A DNA stretch of 64,000 nucleotides from Octopus vulgaris (Eukaryota). The DNA lies in assembly GCA_951406725.2 (NCBI GenBank), contig OX597816.1, forward strand, positions 151,900,001 through 151,964,000. Direction: 5' to 3'. Shown here one piece after another: positions 51,999 to 64,000 of the stretch (positions are counted from its first letter, which is position 1; every line of letters begins with the position of its first letter). The notes beneath the pieces were generated by a model. It ran no database searches. It saw only the letters and a list, made by a program, of their open reading frames with translations, and was not told the DNA's origin. A program made the position numbers and the translations under genes.

Positions 51999-53099
51999 CG
52001 ACGACGACAACGACAATGACAATGACGATGACGATGACAATGATGACGACAACAGTGACAATGACAACGAAGATAACAATGATGACGACAATGGTGATGA
52101 TGATGATAGTATCATAACACATAGGACAGTAACACCTTACTGATATATTTTATGTAAATACAAATAATAGGAATTAATTTTTTTTTACACAACCCTACAC
52201 AACATATTTCCTATCATATCTTTATGGTTTACTGACAATTTTTCATTTATGAAAGACTTGGTAGTTATCTTCCACTTGGGAATTCCAGTGGCCTGCATTG
52301 AAAGTGCAATGTAGTATAGTGATTACTATCCCAAGATAAGTTAATTTATCTTTGTTGACATTGGTTTATAAAATAAGCCAATATCAACATAGACATGATT
52401 TTTAAAAATCGCTTATAGCTTTCCGCTAATGTTCACAACATTATTTCAGCTATGGTTTATTTTATTTATTTCCCTCCAGCAGTTAGATTTCTTCAGCAGA
52501 TATGAGTTGTACATTCAACCATCACCTCTTAACCCTTTCATGGAGCAGTTCTTTGTGTGTCATCACCATTATCATTTTTTTTTTAGCTCTGTGAATTCTA
52601 GCGCCTGTCATTTACTGGGTGTTTTAAATGACCTACTCAAGGATTCATATGTTATTATTGTTAATTTTTTTTTTAGCGTGATGTTTCATATCTTCTTGTT
52701 ATATTTTTCTTAATGCTCATATCTTTGATTCCTCTAGTTTGCCTAACCGACAATTCCATTCTTGCTTCACAGTTCAGTGATTAACAATAGAAAAGGCATC
52801 TCAGCTGTAAGAATAATTGTGACAATAAAAGTCATACTACACATCTCAACACAGAAAAACATAAAAAATTAGATGTAAAACAGCAAAAATAATAATAGTT
52901 TGATGGTTTTATAGAACTCACCAGTAACATAATTGACATTAGTCATATTAAATGAATAAATAAATTATCATGGAAAATATCTTTGGAAGTTATAGAGAGA
53001 CTCATATAGCAACATTTGTATGAACTGTGGCTTGTAATACCAAATTGAAAATACCATATATATAGGAGTGTTAAGAAGATGAATGAATTCTCTTCAGTA

Positions 53100-53700
53100 T
53101 AATAAATAATAATAATAAAGTTATTGTGTATAGTGCTCAGGTGCACTACAACTCATCAAAGGTGCATGCACAGTACATAGAATTATGTACAAAGGTCAGG
53201 AAAGTGAACAGTGTATGAGTCATGATATAAAGTATGCATACATATGAAGTGGGGATATCAGGTGTAGTGTTGGCGAATTTCAGGAAGCATGGAGGTTTTT
53301 AAAGGATGCAATGTCTTGGCAGCTAACAACTGATGCAGGTAGTTTGTTCCATGCTTCAGCATCTCTGAATAATTTTGTGGGTGTTTACCAAGTCAGTTGC
53401 TAGATGTCAGAGCTTCAATGTATCTATGCCCAGAGAAGCAAAGCATTCAGATTATGGTAGATGCCTGATGGAGGGTATTTGCTTGGTTGCATGTCTCTGA
53501 ACAGTTTCCAGGAGGTCAATGTCCTGAGCAAGATAGGAGTTCAAGACTGGTGATGTAAATTCCAAATGTGGCTGCACCATAGCCACATACAGCCTCAAAT
53601 AGATAACTGGAGAATAGCTGACAGAGGTTTTGCTGAGTGATGCCAAGACACCCTCAGCCTTCTTGACAACTTTAGAGATGTGCTTGTTGGCACTCTCTCA
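53100..53700 (-). mobile_element. CR1-like LINE 3' fragment
   Basis: LRLYVAMVQPHLEFTSPVLNSYLAQDIDLLETVQRHATKQIP matches the CR1 LY..LVRPHLEY..PVW.P....D...LE.VQRRATK motif. A (TTA)-type tail lies at ~53101-53120. Confidence 0.85.
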
Positions 53701-53972
53701 TAATTAAGATATATCTATAAGGAAACATGTAGAATTAAGTGAGCAGTTCGGATAATGGATAGCACACTTAATTCTTTATGTACTGAATATTAAAGTGGCT
53801 TCCAAGTATCTTCTGTAAATACAATTGACATCTAAGGTTTCTAGTTATATATATTTTTGTATATATATGTGATGACATGTGTATGTGTGTATGCCTATAA
53901 GTATACATATATATACACACACACACACATATATATATATACACACATATATATGTATATGTATGTATACAT

Positions 53973-54013
<41 letters not shown>

Positions 54014-54034
54014 CATATGTATGTCTACACATAC

Positions 54035-54065
<31 letters not shown>

Positions 54066-54400
54066 TGTATGTATATATGTATATATATACATACATACAT
54101 ACATATATGTATGTATTTGTATGTATATACAGGCAGATGTATACAAACATGAGTGTGGATGAATATATACATGTATACCTGCGTATGTGTGCAAATAAAT
54201 ACATATGTGTATGTGAATAGATATATATGTATATATATGTATGTATATGCCCAAAGATAAGAGTGTGTGTGTGTGTGTATGTATGAATACTGAGATGTAC
54301 ACGTACATGGATAGATGTGCATGCATATATGTAGACGTATCCATCAACATTTCTTATATATCGCTTATATATCTCTGTATGTATCTGTACGCATGTATGG

Positions 54401-54440
<40 letters not shown>

Positions 54441-54706
54441 TTAAGGAGTGCATGTGTGCATATATGTGTATTTATGCATGTGTATATGTGTGTGCATGAG
54501 GGAACATGCGTGTATATATGTATATATGTAAGCTGTGATATATGTGTATGTGTGTGTGGATGCATGTATGTTCATCTCTATATGTATGTATTCATGTATA
54601 TATATATATATGTATGCATGTATATATATATATATATATATCTGGATGTGTGTGTATATATATCTATATAAGTACATGTGTGTGTGTCTGAGTGCATGAG
54701 TACATA

Positions 54707-55610
54707 CAGTGGTAGATCTACCATAAAACTAAAGAAGTTTAAGCTTCAGGGCCCCAAATCCATAAGGGACCCCTAATTGTTTCATTCTGTCGATAATTTT
54801 GTTTTTGTATTTTGCCATGCAGATTGCTGTTACCAGTCTTAGTGGACATCACATCATATTCCTACGCAGAGTCTAAACACATAGTGTCTAGCCACAATTT
54901 GTTCACCTGCTGTTTCTGCTGGTGTGGAGTAGCATAAAAATAAAAGTACAAACGACTCGCAGATAATTCGCTTTACTTGAATTATTTTGGAAACTTCGGC
55001 CCTGCCCCTCCCATTGTCAAATATATCTACTACTACAACAGTATGATAGAGACAAGAATTCTTATTTTCCCACCATTATTTAATGACCTATGAAAGGTTT
55101 TGCCTCCTAATTTTGGACTTACAATCTGTTCAGTAACAAAGCATTTTTCTTTTTACTTTAAAAATTGTTTGAATATCACCTTGTACAAAATGAACAATTC
55201 TTCATTTATGACTATATATTAAGTTGTGGACCCTTTACTTGGTCAATCTGTCTCACTCTAACTAATGAAAATATTACCCTAATTTTTTTTCATAGAGGTC
55301 TAGGCCCCAAGAGGAATAGCAATGTCCTCAAGAAAGTGATTAAGTAGATACCAGAAACGGCAACTCAAGGAAAAGCAATCTAACGAAATTTCTAAGTGTC
55401 AGAAACTATCAAACTATTTTACAATGTCAAGTAAAAGTTTGTCATCACCTAAAACCGAAACAAGCCATACAAGCACCAGTGAAATCAATGATAGGGCACA
55501 AACCATGAGTGATTTGTTTAGCAATAATCAACCTACTGTTGACACTTTTGGTGCAGATGATGATCACGGTGGTCAAGAAATTCAAGAAAAGAGAGACGAG
55601 AAACAGGAAG
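54707..55610 (+). mobile_element. hAT-like DNA transposon left-end relic
   Basis: Starts CAGTGGTAGATCTACC...cagggcccc...gggacccc (hAT-type terminus with subterminal GGCCCC). At 55322, MSSRK*LSRYQKRQLKEKQ resembles the N-terminus of hAT transposases. Confidence 0.5.
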
Positions 55611-55611
55611 C

Positions 55612-56080
55612 AAATTTTGTGATTTCAATTTCGATGACTGGCATCTGTGCTAGTGGAGCGCTAAGAGTACCATACGAGCGTTATTGTTGCCAGAGTAACA
55701 AGCTGGCCTCCATGCCGATGGCACGTAAAAAGCACCATTTGAGCGTGATCGTTACCTGCCTTGCCTTACTGGCACTTGTGCTGTTGGCACATGAAAAAAC
55801 ATTCGAGCGAGGTTGTTGCCAATGCCACTGGACTGGCTCCTGTGTAGGTGGCACATAAAAAGCACCATTTGAGTGTGGCCACTGCCAGTGCTGCCTGACT
55901 GGCCCTCGTGCCGGTGGCAAGTAAAAGCACCCACTACACTCTTGGAGTGGTTGGCGTTAGGAAGGGCATCAAGCTGTAGAAAATCTGCCAGATCAGATTA
56001 GAGTCTAGTGCAGCTATCTGGTTTGCCAGACCTCAGTCAAATCGTTCAACCCATGCTAGCATGGAAAGCGGACGTTAAAC

Positions 56081-56111
<31 letters not shown>
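55612..56111 (+). mobile_element. RTE 3' UTR copy with internal ~60-bp repeats and (GAT)n tail
   Basis: Repeated ggcac.t.aaaagcaccatttgag units, then ...gcatggaaagcggacgttaaacgatgatgat. Confidence 0.88.
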
Positions 56112-56113
<2 letters not shown>

Positions 56114-56267
56114 ATATGTATATGTATATATTTCGCTTTTGGATTTGGTCTGCAAGACGCAATGAAAATTTTAGGAAAATAAAAATAAGAAATAAGTAGA
56201 AATTTTTCCGGTGAGTGTATTACATAATAAGGCACAAAAAGAAAATGACTCTCCCCAGACACAACAG

Positions 56268-56321
<54 letters not shown>

Positions 56322-56785
56322 CGTATGTGTTAATGTGCATACACATTAATATGTTTGTGCATATACATATATGTTCATATATGCATATATTCATATATGC
56401 ACAGATATGTATGTGCATGTGGATGTATATATGTGTGTAAGTATATGAGATCATCTCTGTGCATATATATTAATGTACGGATGAATGTATGTACATGTGC
56501 ATATGTATGCGAGTGTACTCACATATATACAAATTTTTTAAACTGTATTTATACCTTATAAACGTACATTACATTCTTACTTTATTTATATTTAAATTTC
56601 CTCTATCATCTCTATTTAATTTATTCATTTATTACCCTAATTCTATTTACCTGCTCTATCTTATCCCCAATCACCCTGCAAACCCCTCGCCCAAACACAC
56701 AGAAATACAAATCATAAACAGTATCATTCAGTCTGCTCTATTGAAATCATAAACATATATAAAACATCCAAGGGTATATATTTTT

Positions 56786-56868
56786 TTCCCTCTGAAGATA
56801 TGCTCAGTGCATATGAATTCAATATTTAATTAATTCACTGAGTATTGATTGAAACAGCTGTAAAGGAT
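56786..56868 (+). ncRNA. Minimal type I hammerhead ribozyme motif (Penelope-type, palindromic stem III)
   Basis: tccct-CTGAAGA(56792-56798)-t-atgctcagtg...cactgagtat-tgatt-GAAA(56851-56854)-CAGCTG-TA^aagga. Both core boxes are intact, stem II is 10 bp and ACAGCTGT is palindromic. The stem II closing pair is lost and stem I has one mismatch. Confidence 0.7.
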
Positions 56869-57766
56869 GATGATTTATTTGTTGTTAATAATAAACAATT
56901 ATTAACTTCCCAATCTTCATTTTCTTTGTCTTCTTTATATATATATATATATATATATGGTTTAATAAGGAGGAAGGACTACTTTTCTTGACCTTAGAAA
57001 GCATCCTACTCTGACAAGATTGATGTAGTTCAAAGTACAGTTGATGTCTGTGTGAAAAATAAAGGCAAGGAAGGAATTCCTGTGAGTTTATGTTCTGAGG
57101 GAAAAGTACTAAAAAGTAGGAGTTAGTGTTGGGCATGGACATTAGGACAGTAAGTGTGACGAGGAAGACAGGCAGATAGATGGATAGGAGTAAGCAAGGA
57201 TGGAAGTGATACAGAACTAAATGTCTGCCTTTGTCAAGACCATCAGTAGAAATCAGCTCAGCAGGAGTTCATCACCATTCAATGGTTATCTCACATAAAA
57301 ATCATTGACTTTATTAATTTATCCATTTATAAAATGTCAGTTAATTGACTTTTATTTTCATATCAAAGAGTTAACAGGATTCGAAGGTTGAATAATTGAA
57401 TAATTTAATAAATAATTGAATGAAAAAAAAAAAAGAATGAAATGAAATGAATGAAAGAACAATAAATTAATGAAGGAGAAATATAAATGAATGAATGACT
57501 TCATTTATAAAGTAATGCTGCTGCTTAATGTCAGAAAGGTTATGCTGTGACATTGTGAGGGTACAATAGATTTGAGTTCAAGATATGAAAATTAGCATGT
57601 AATCAATGAACAGTGACAGATGTGGTTGTTTTTCGAAGTGGAAGGAGTAGGAATTATAGGAACAAAAGGTCCATAATGGGGAGTCATTTTAATAATACCA
57701 ACCAAGTTTAAAATAAAGATATTAAAGAGAAAGAGAAAGTCTTTTCACTATATCTTCAATTTAGAC

Positions 57767-58403
57767 CAGGGGTGGGGAAACTCCTACCTGCAGGCACAAT
57801 TGTGCCCACGAGTCCATTTTATTGCACCCGCAGGCTGGCATATTCATATGTACAAAACATAGTCAGGCGTTAGGAAGGGCATCCAGCCGTAGAAACACTG
57901 CCAGATCTGACTGGGCCTGACGAAGCCTTCCAGCTTCACAGACCCCAGTTGACCCGTCCAACCCATGCTAGCATGGAAAGCGGACGCTAAATGATGATGA
58001 TGATGATAGTCAATTTTTCAATTATAAAATTTATACAATACTTGTATGCCTCTTTCTGACATAGGTTGCGTTTCCACTACAACTTAAAACGGTTAGTCTG
58101 GAACAGAAATCGTCCGGCAATTGCCATTTGACTGGAAATTTTTGTTTACACTATAAAACTCATATTGCTAGGTTTGTACCACCCACTTGAGACCCAACTA
58201 CACGCTAGCTGAAAAATATAGTATCAATCATAAGTAAGATAAACGTCCTAAATTCAGTGGCAGTATTAATGATGTTATGCTTTAAGTTAATGTGTTAACT
58301 TTATTAATGTATATCGAATTATACATAGATATATGCAAGATTTACACAGATCTTTTTCTTTGGAAATGTTTGCCTGCCACAACAGAAAGTTTCTTCACCC
58401 CTG
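57767..58403. mobile_element. hAT-type MITE
   Basis: TIRs CAGGGGTGGGGAAACT ... AGTTTCTTCACCCCTG. Confidence 0.85.
57866..58005 (+). mobile_element. Young RTE 3'-end insertion nested in the hAT MITE
   Basis: 7-bp target-site duplication ATAGTCA at 57859-57865 and 58006-58012; (GAT)n tail; CpGs intact. Confidence 0.9.
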
Positions 58404-58689
58404 ATATAATCAATGAACAGTGACAAATGTGGTTGTTTTTCAAAGTGGAAGGAGTAGAAATTATAGGAAAACAGGTTCATAATGGAGAGTCATTTTAATA
58501 ATACCAAGCAAGTCAAAAATAAAGATATTACAATGTAATGTGATAGAGAAAGAGATTGTTAGTTCATTATTCATGAATTCAACCATTAAGGTTTTATTAT
58601 ATTTCTGGACAGGATACTTTAATCTGTGTTGCCTCAGTTTGTCTAGCTATCAGGAATAGGAGTCAGCTCATCTGGGAATTTTATCTTCA

Positions 58690-59030
58690 ATGATATAAAA
58701 CTAAATACCAGTAGTTGGTTGACAAGGCACTTTTCAAGGGATGGCAGGTGTCTTCATTTCCTATTGAAGTTGACTGCTGTGGCTTTCCTGCCAGACTGAT
58801 GCACTCTTTCCTGCAGAAGATTGGTCTGAAACACAGACAAATGAAGAAAGCCACCTGGGAAATTGGTATGACAGCTGAAACCAGCTCAAGGTGACTGTGG
58901 TGGGCAAGAGACCACAAATGGAACCCTTATGCAAGTGAAGATGAATTCAGTCCTTGCTGACCCACCCAAGCATGATGTACAAGCCAAAAGGTGAAATGTT
59001 TGTGTCCCTGAGATCCCTGCTGATAATACT
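58690..59030 (+). mobile_element. Hero-like (RLE-type) non-LTR retrotransposon 3' relic
   Basis: Translation KTKYQ*LVDKALFKGWQVSSFPIEVDCCGFPARLMHSFLQKIGL...AETSSR*LWWAR resembles the Hero C-terminal K..KY..L.....GW....P.EVGCRGF...AE..S.WLW pattern. Confidence 0.65.
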
Positions 59031-59912
59031 GAAGGGTTTCCAACATTGCAATGAATTTAGAAAAAGAGCTTGCAATACCTCTGAGTAGTTCCTGCATTTT
59101 CACTTGGGGAAGATATCTCTGATGTTTATTTCACCTAGATGAGTTAATATTCTGTCCAAAGAAGACTAATGTCTTTTCAGCTTCAAGCCAAGAAATTAGT
59201 CCAAAGCATTGATTTCTGAGCATCTCTCAAGCTTTGGTAGACAGTTACATTATTTTTTTCAATTTCATGTTCTGCTAAATAAATTTTACTCTAGAAACAA
59301 GTATTGTGTGATATTTGCACGACTTATTTAGAAATTCCTTTAAAACACTTAAGCATATTGAATATATATCTACAGCAAAAAAAGGTTTGTTCATGTAAGT
59401 GCAGAAGAGCTGTTCCTTAATTATCTACATTACTACAACACCAACCCAACTCAATATTTACATAGAATTTGAATAAAACATACATATATTAAAAACAAAA
59501 CTAAAAATCCCCAACAAAAACAAAGAATTTGAATAAACATGAATAAGGAAATGAATAAACGTCTAAATACACAACTAACTGATACTGATTTCACATGCAG
59601 TCATTAAATTCAAATGTATTGTTTGTTTTCAGCTTCAATAGCATATTTTTTACATTTCCAATTACACACTTCTTTTGACAAATGGTATTATGAATAGTTT
59701 TCAGCTTATGTAATTACCTGAATAATGAGGTGGTGACAATTTCAGTTAGAATCACAAATGAAACATTTAATAGCCTTCTTTTCCCTTCCATTCTGATGAT
59801 ATGATCCTCCACTACAAGCTATGAAGTGGCATATGGATGATTTAAACAAGTAAATTATCCAGTTTCAGTGGCTTGCCTTTTGCTACCGAATCTGTTCTGG
59901 AAATATTTACAA

Positions 59913-60273
59913 AACAAGATCACTCAGTGAGTGCAAAGCTCTGCCAAGGCAACACCAACATCCTCTCAACAATTAGCCAAAGATGATTTTAAAAATGAGA
60001 ATATCTGAAATAAACTCGACTACTCTCACAAGCGAGAATACTAAAAATGAACTTGACCACTCTCAAAAATTATGTAAAAAAAACAAAAAAAAAAACAGGT
60101 AAAATAATCCAGAACCCTTGTTCTAATCAGTTCATGCCAGTCATGAGGCTAAACATCCCTGAAAGTTTCATCCGAATCCATCCAGTGGTTCTTGAGATAT
60201 CTTCTTCACAGACAAACAAACAAACACAACTGAAAACAACACCTCTACCTTTGCTTAAGGCAGAGGTAAAAAA
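59913..60273 (-). mobile_element. Helentron-associated (HINE/DINE-1-like) non-autonomous element
   Basis: Terminal hairpin acctctacctt-tgctt-aaggcagaggt next to an A/T run, a subterminal repeat gctctgccaaggc near the other end (aacaag), and an internal (aaac)n with an aaagtttcatccgaatcc motif. Confidence 0.65.
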
Positions 60274-60319
60274 GTAAGCTTCTTTATAAAATAACTCAGA
60301 TATATAGTCTAACTGTTTT

Positions 60320-60541
60320 GCTAGCAATGCATCTGAGACCACCACTGATTCTGTGATATAAACTTCTTGATTTAAAATGATCTAAATTAAAATTTTCCAT
60401 CAAAATTTTGTCCTAATTAATGTTCCGAACACTAGCTTAATAATAACAAAGTTATTTTACTAAGTTCTTCATTATTTTCAAAATTAATTGAAGCAAAACA
60501 GTGTATGTCAACAAGAATATGTATGGAAACAAAAGGGTTAA
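60320..60541. mobile_element. piggyBac-like (TTAA) MITE relic
   Basis: Ends in aaaaGGG|TTAA, an AT-rich non-coding body, and a decayed opposite end. Confidence 0.45.
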
Positions 60542-61179
60542 ATGACAGCTATGTCTTAGTTTCGTTTATTAACAGCAAAAATGTGAAATACAAATAGCAA
60601 ACAAGAAATATTAGACATTACTTTGTGGCAAAAAGTTTGCTTCCTATCCACATGGTTTAAGGTTCAGTCCCACTGTATGGCACATAAGGTAGGTGTCTTC
60701 TACTGTAGCCTGGTCAACTACAGCCTTTTGAATGGATTTGGCAGATGAAAACTGAAAGAAGCCTGTTATAGATATCATCATCAACACACACACATACATA
60801 CATACATACATACATACATACATACATACATACATGCATACATACATATTTTCGTCACATTCTGGTTTAACAACCCTCCATGTTTGTTTTCGTTTCGTTT
60901 CCTTGTATGTCTCCACTATCCGGTTTTTGTCCCCAACTTTGACTCTCCATAAATCCTAAATTTTATTTTGGAATTTATGGGAGCAACTTTCTTTGAAGAC
61001 TCATATTGTAATTGAATGCTCGAAATGAGGACTAGATAGACAGCTGACAACTGATGAAGGGTCATTCTCTGTATTTACTTTCCTGTTTTTCATTTTTTTC
61101 TCTCTTGTTTGCGCATTTAACTCTTTTGTTTTCGTATTTCATGCTGTTTAAACAGTTTGTGATGTCCTGAACCCATATA

Positions 61180-61252
<73 letters not shown>

Positions 61253-61467
61253 TATATATATGTGTATGTGTGTGTGTGTGTATGTGTGTGTGTATGTGTG
61301 TATAATGGGCTTCTTTTTCATTTCCATCAATCAACTTGTTCCTTTGACCAATTTATGTATGCTATTTAATTTTGTGGAACCACTAATGTATGGGGATGTA
61401 AATATACCAATAGCAGTTATGAAGCAGGGTAGGGAATAAACACAGATACAAAGACAAACATACACCA

Positions 61468-61509
<42 letters not shown>

Positions 61510-61534
61510 AACAAAAGGTAAAAAGGATTAATAG

Positions 61535-61798
61535 ACCTTTGGCATTATATTGTGCTTGAGAAAAAGACCCATGAAGCTGAACAAATTCACAGTCATGGAA
61601 AATAACGGTGTCACACAAATGGCACCCATGCTGGTGGCATGTAAAAGCACCCATTACACTCTCAGAGTGGTTGGCTTTAGGAAGGGCTTCCAGCTGTAGA
61701 AAACTATGCCAAATCAGACTGGATCCTGGTGCAGCCTTCCAGCGTGCCAGCCCAATCAAACCATCCAACCAATGTTAGCATGGACAACGAACGTTAAA

Positions 61799-61830
<32 letters not shown>

Positions 61831-61838
61831 ATGATGAA
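61535..61838 (+). mobile_element. RTE 3' UTR fragment with (GCT)n/(GAT)n tail
   Basis: Same terminus as the other copies (...gcatggacaacgaacgttaaatg), followed by (ctg)n(gat)n. Confidence 0.85.
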
Positions 61839-62582
61839 ATCCAGGTAGATATCTAGATGGCACTGTGTTAAACAAACTTGGTTAACTGTATCATACAATC
61901 AGATATCATCGATAGATGCAAGTAGAATTAACATCCAAGGGAATTCCCCATGTATGACAAGTAAATTGAAATATTGTTTAGAAGAATTTAAATAAATTCT
62001 GAGTAATTAACAATATAAACAAGAATGGAGAAAACCACATTTTTAATTGATGATTACACCATACATTACCAATGATCATTTCTATTTTGTGCCAGTATAT
62101 GTAGATATAGAAAAACAATACAAAATACGATCAAATCAAAATATCTAAAACTATATGCTAACCTGCACAGTTTCCATCTACCAAATTCACAAACACAGCA
62201 TTGATTGGTCTGGGGCTATGGTAGAAGGCACTTGCCTAAAGTGTTATACAGTGGGACTGAACCTGAAACCATGTGTTTGAAAAGCAAGCTTCTTAGCCAC
62301 ACTGTCATGTTTGCAACTGGTTTAGAACAGAAATTAACCACATGCTGTGTTTTTCTCGTCTATAAATGATCATTTAATTACAATAATTGGATTTTTCTAT
62401 TGATGTGATATCTCCTTGTTGTGAGTATGAAAATAAGAGCAAGTGCATTCATGTTTGTATTGATGATGTTGCTTAACCCCAGGTCGATCCTTATCCAGCT
62501 GACTTATGAACAAAGAATCAGCGGCATTCCAACCATAACCATCCTGTCTTTTTAGGGATATCTGTGACTGCATCATCTAATG

Positions 62583-62796
62583 CAGTGGTTCTCAACTGGG
62601 GCCCATATGGCCCCTGGGGTTTGTATTTCAACAATACGTAAAATATTTTAACAATTTTTAAAATTATAATTTTTAACAATATCTAATTACAAAAATATAA
62701 TATGATTATTTCAAAACATTGAATGACTATGAAGATCCACCCAACTGAAATAGGAATCAAAGGGGTCTACAAGCAAAATATGGTTGAGAAATACTG
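62583..62796. mobile_element. hAT-type MITE, 214 bp
   Basis: TIRs CAGTGGTTCTCAAC ... GTTGAGAAATACTG, with a perfect 8-bp TSD ATCTAATG at 62575-62582 and 62797-62804. Confidence 0.93.
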
Positions 62797-64000
62797 ATCT
62801 AATGTATCCTTCCCTTTTTTTTTTTTTTTAAGCTGGCAGAGTTTTATATGAGGGTGTTTTGAGATTTGCTTGCTATTGCTTGCAAGTTCAGAGACTGTGT
62901 GTGTGTGTGTGTGTCCGTGCATGCATGTGTGTGTGTCTGTGTGTTTGAGTGTGTGTTTGCTTGTTTGAGTATGTGTGCATTTGCTTGTTTGAGTGTGTGA
63001 GTGTGTTTGTTTGTTTGAGTATGTGTGTGTATGTGCATGTATGGTGTGTGATTATGCATATGCAATTTATAATGATGTGAAATGTATTGTGTTATGTTTT
63101 GCAGTTCATTGTGTTAGGTTAATGAAAGGAACATTGAGAAACTGTCAGAAGTGGTTTGGGGTTTTGGTGAATTTACGTTGTGGTTTCTATATTTTGGGTC
63201 AAATATTGTATCTTTAAGGGTTTATTTACAATGTGTTTAACTTTGGTTTGCTGTGTCATAATTGAAGATATACTTTATGTTCATATGGGATTTTAGGCTT
63301 GTTGAGTGTGTTGCTGGTGACTAACAATTGTTTCATGTTACCTTTAGTTGAACCAGGTTTCTCTCATTTAGAATTTATAGTTGGAAACGAAGAGTTGTGT
63401 GACTGAGAAGTTGAAGCAGTGGTAATTGAGATATCTTTGACAGATTCTATATGTATATTGGAAGAAAGAGGTTGGATATTGTGCATGTATAGATAGAACA
63501 GAGAGGGAGATGAAAGTCAAATTTTTGGCATCTACTTTTGGAACAGTATGGATCCAGGAGGTTGTGTTGTTATATTTAATGCATACTCAGAATTCTGATA
63601 AGTTGTTAACCAATTATCTAAATAGTTAAGTGTTATTTTTATAAGTAAAGAGAATAGCTTGAATTATAAAGGCTTATATTTTGTGATGTTGTGAAAGGCA
63701 AAGACTATTACTCTCTGTTCCATTTATTAGGTAACGAAGTAATTAAGATGCAAGTTATCATTTAATCTCTGATGAAAAAAATTTGACAATTAAAATTGGT
63801 TATTATGAATTTGCTATTATAACATTGTCAAAACATATAATCAACACAAACAGTTTACAAATTTCATGTAATACTCCACCCCATGGCTTTAAGCTAATTT
63901 AATGATGTGGCTTTTACTTAAAAATTATTTTTTTAAACTTGTTTTTTGTGCTTTTTTACTGAATAATTTAAAAAGTAATGTAATTTTTTATCAAGATTTC

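Noticed and set aside
53768-54677. Many overlapping YI/CV/HT-rich ORFs (also at ~4230, 12420, 14120, 19200, 20940, 42320, 45300, 51400)
   Set aside because: These are translations of (TA)n, (CA)n and (TATG)n microsatellites.
55424-55858. 144-aa ORF as a host gene
   Set aside because: It is a chimera of a probable hAT relic and an RTE 3' UTR.
60985-61065. Further hammerhead candidates (gctcgaaa...ctgatgaagg; similar at 12735-12760)
   Set aside because: The boxes are in an order or spacing that gives no convincing stems. These are at most badly decayed pseudo-LTR remnants.

Overview
This is AT-rich, microsatellite-dense eukaryotic DNA. The SINE/LINE families and repeat texture suggest an Octopus (coleoid cephalopod) genome, but that assignment is inference. 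The only host coding sequence I can support is one 821-bp minus-strand internal exon (15943-16763) of a synaptotagmin of the Syt9/6/10/3 group. It encodes the transmembrane helix, the linker and a complete Ca2+-binding C2A domain; the start exon and C2B exons were not found with confidence. The rest is intron-like DNA filled with decayed mobile elements: RTE LINEs with (GAT)n tails, R4/Dong, CR1/L2 and Hero-like LINEs, a Penelope relic, Tc1/mariner and hAT relics and MITEs, Helitron/Helentron fragments and tRNA-derived SINEs. Most six-frame ORFs are microsatellite artefacts. The most interesting signals are: (1) several hammerhead-ribozyme-like motifs, including a tandem pair with cleavage sites 358 nt apart that resembles a retrozyme; (2) a near-identical ~440-bp inverted duplication 36.5 kb apart that brackets the synaptotagmin exon; (3) a PHD finger inside an RTE reverse-transcriptase ORF; (4) a cluster of elements stacked in (TAA)n tracts; (5) a tandem duplication with a hAT MITE at its junction. 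No CRISPR or prokaryotic system is present. All alignments were made by eye, so repeat boundaries are approximate.
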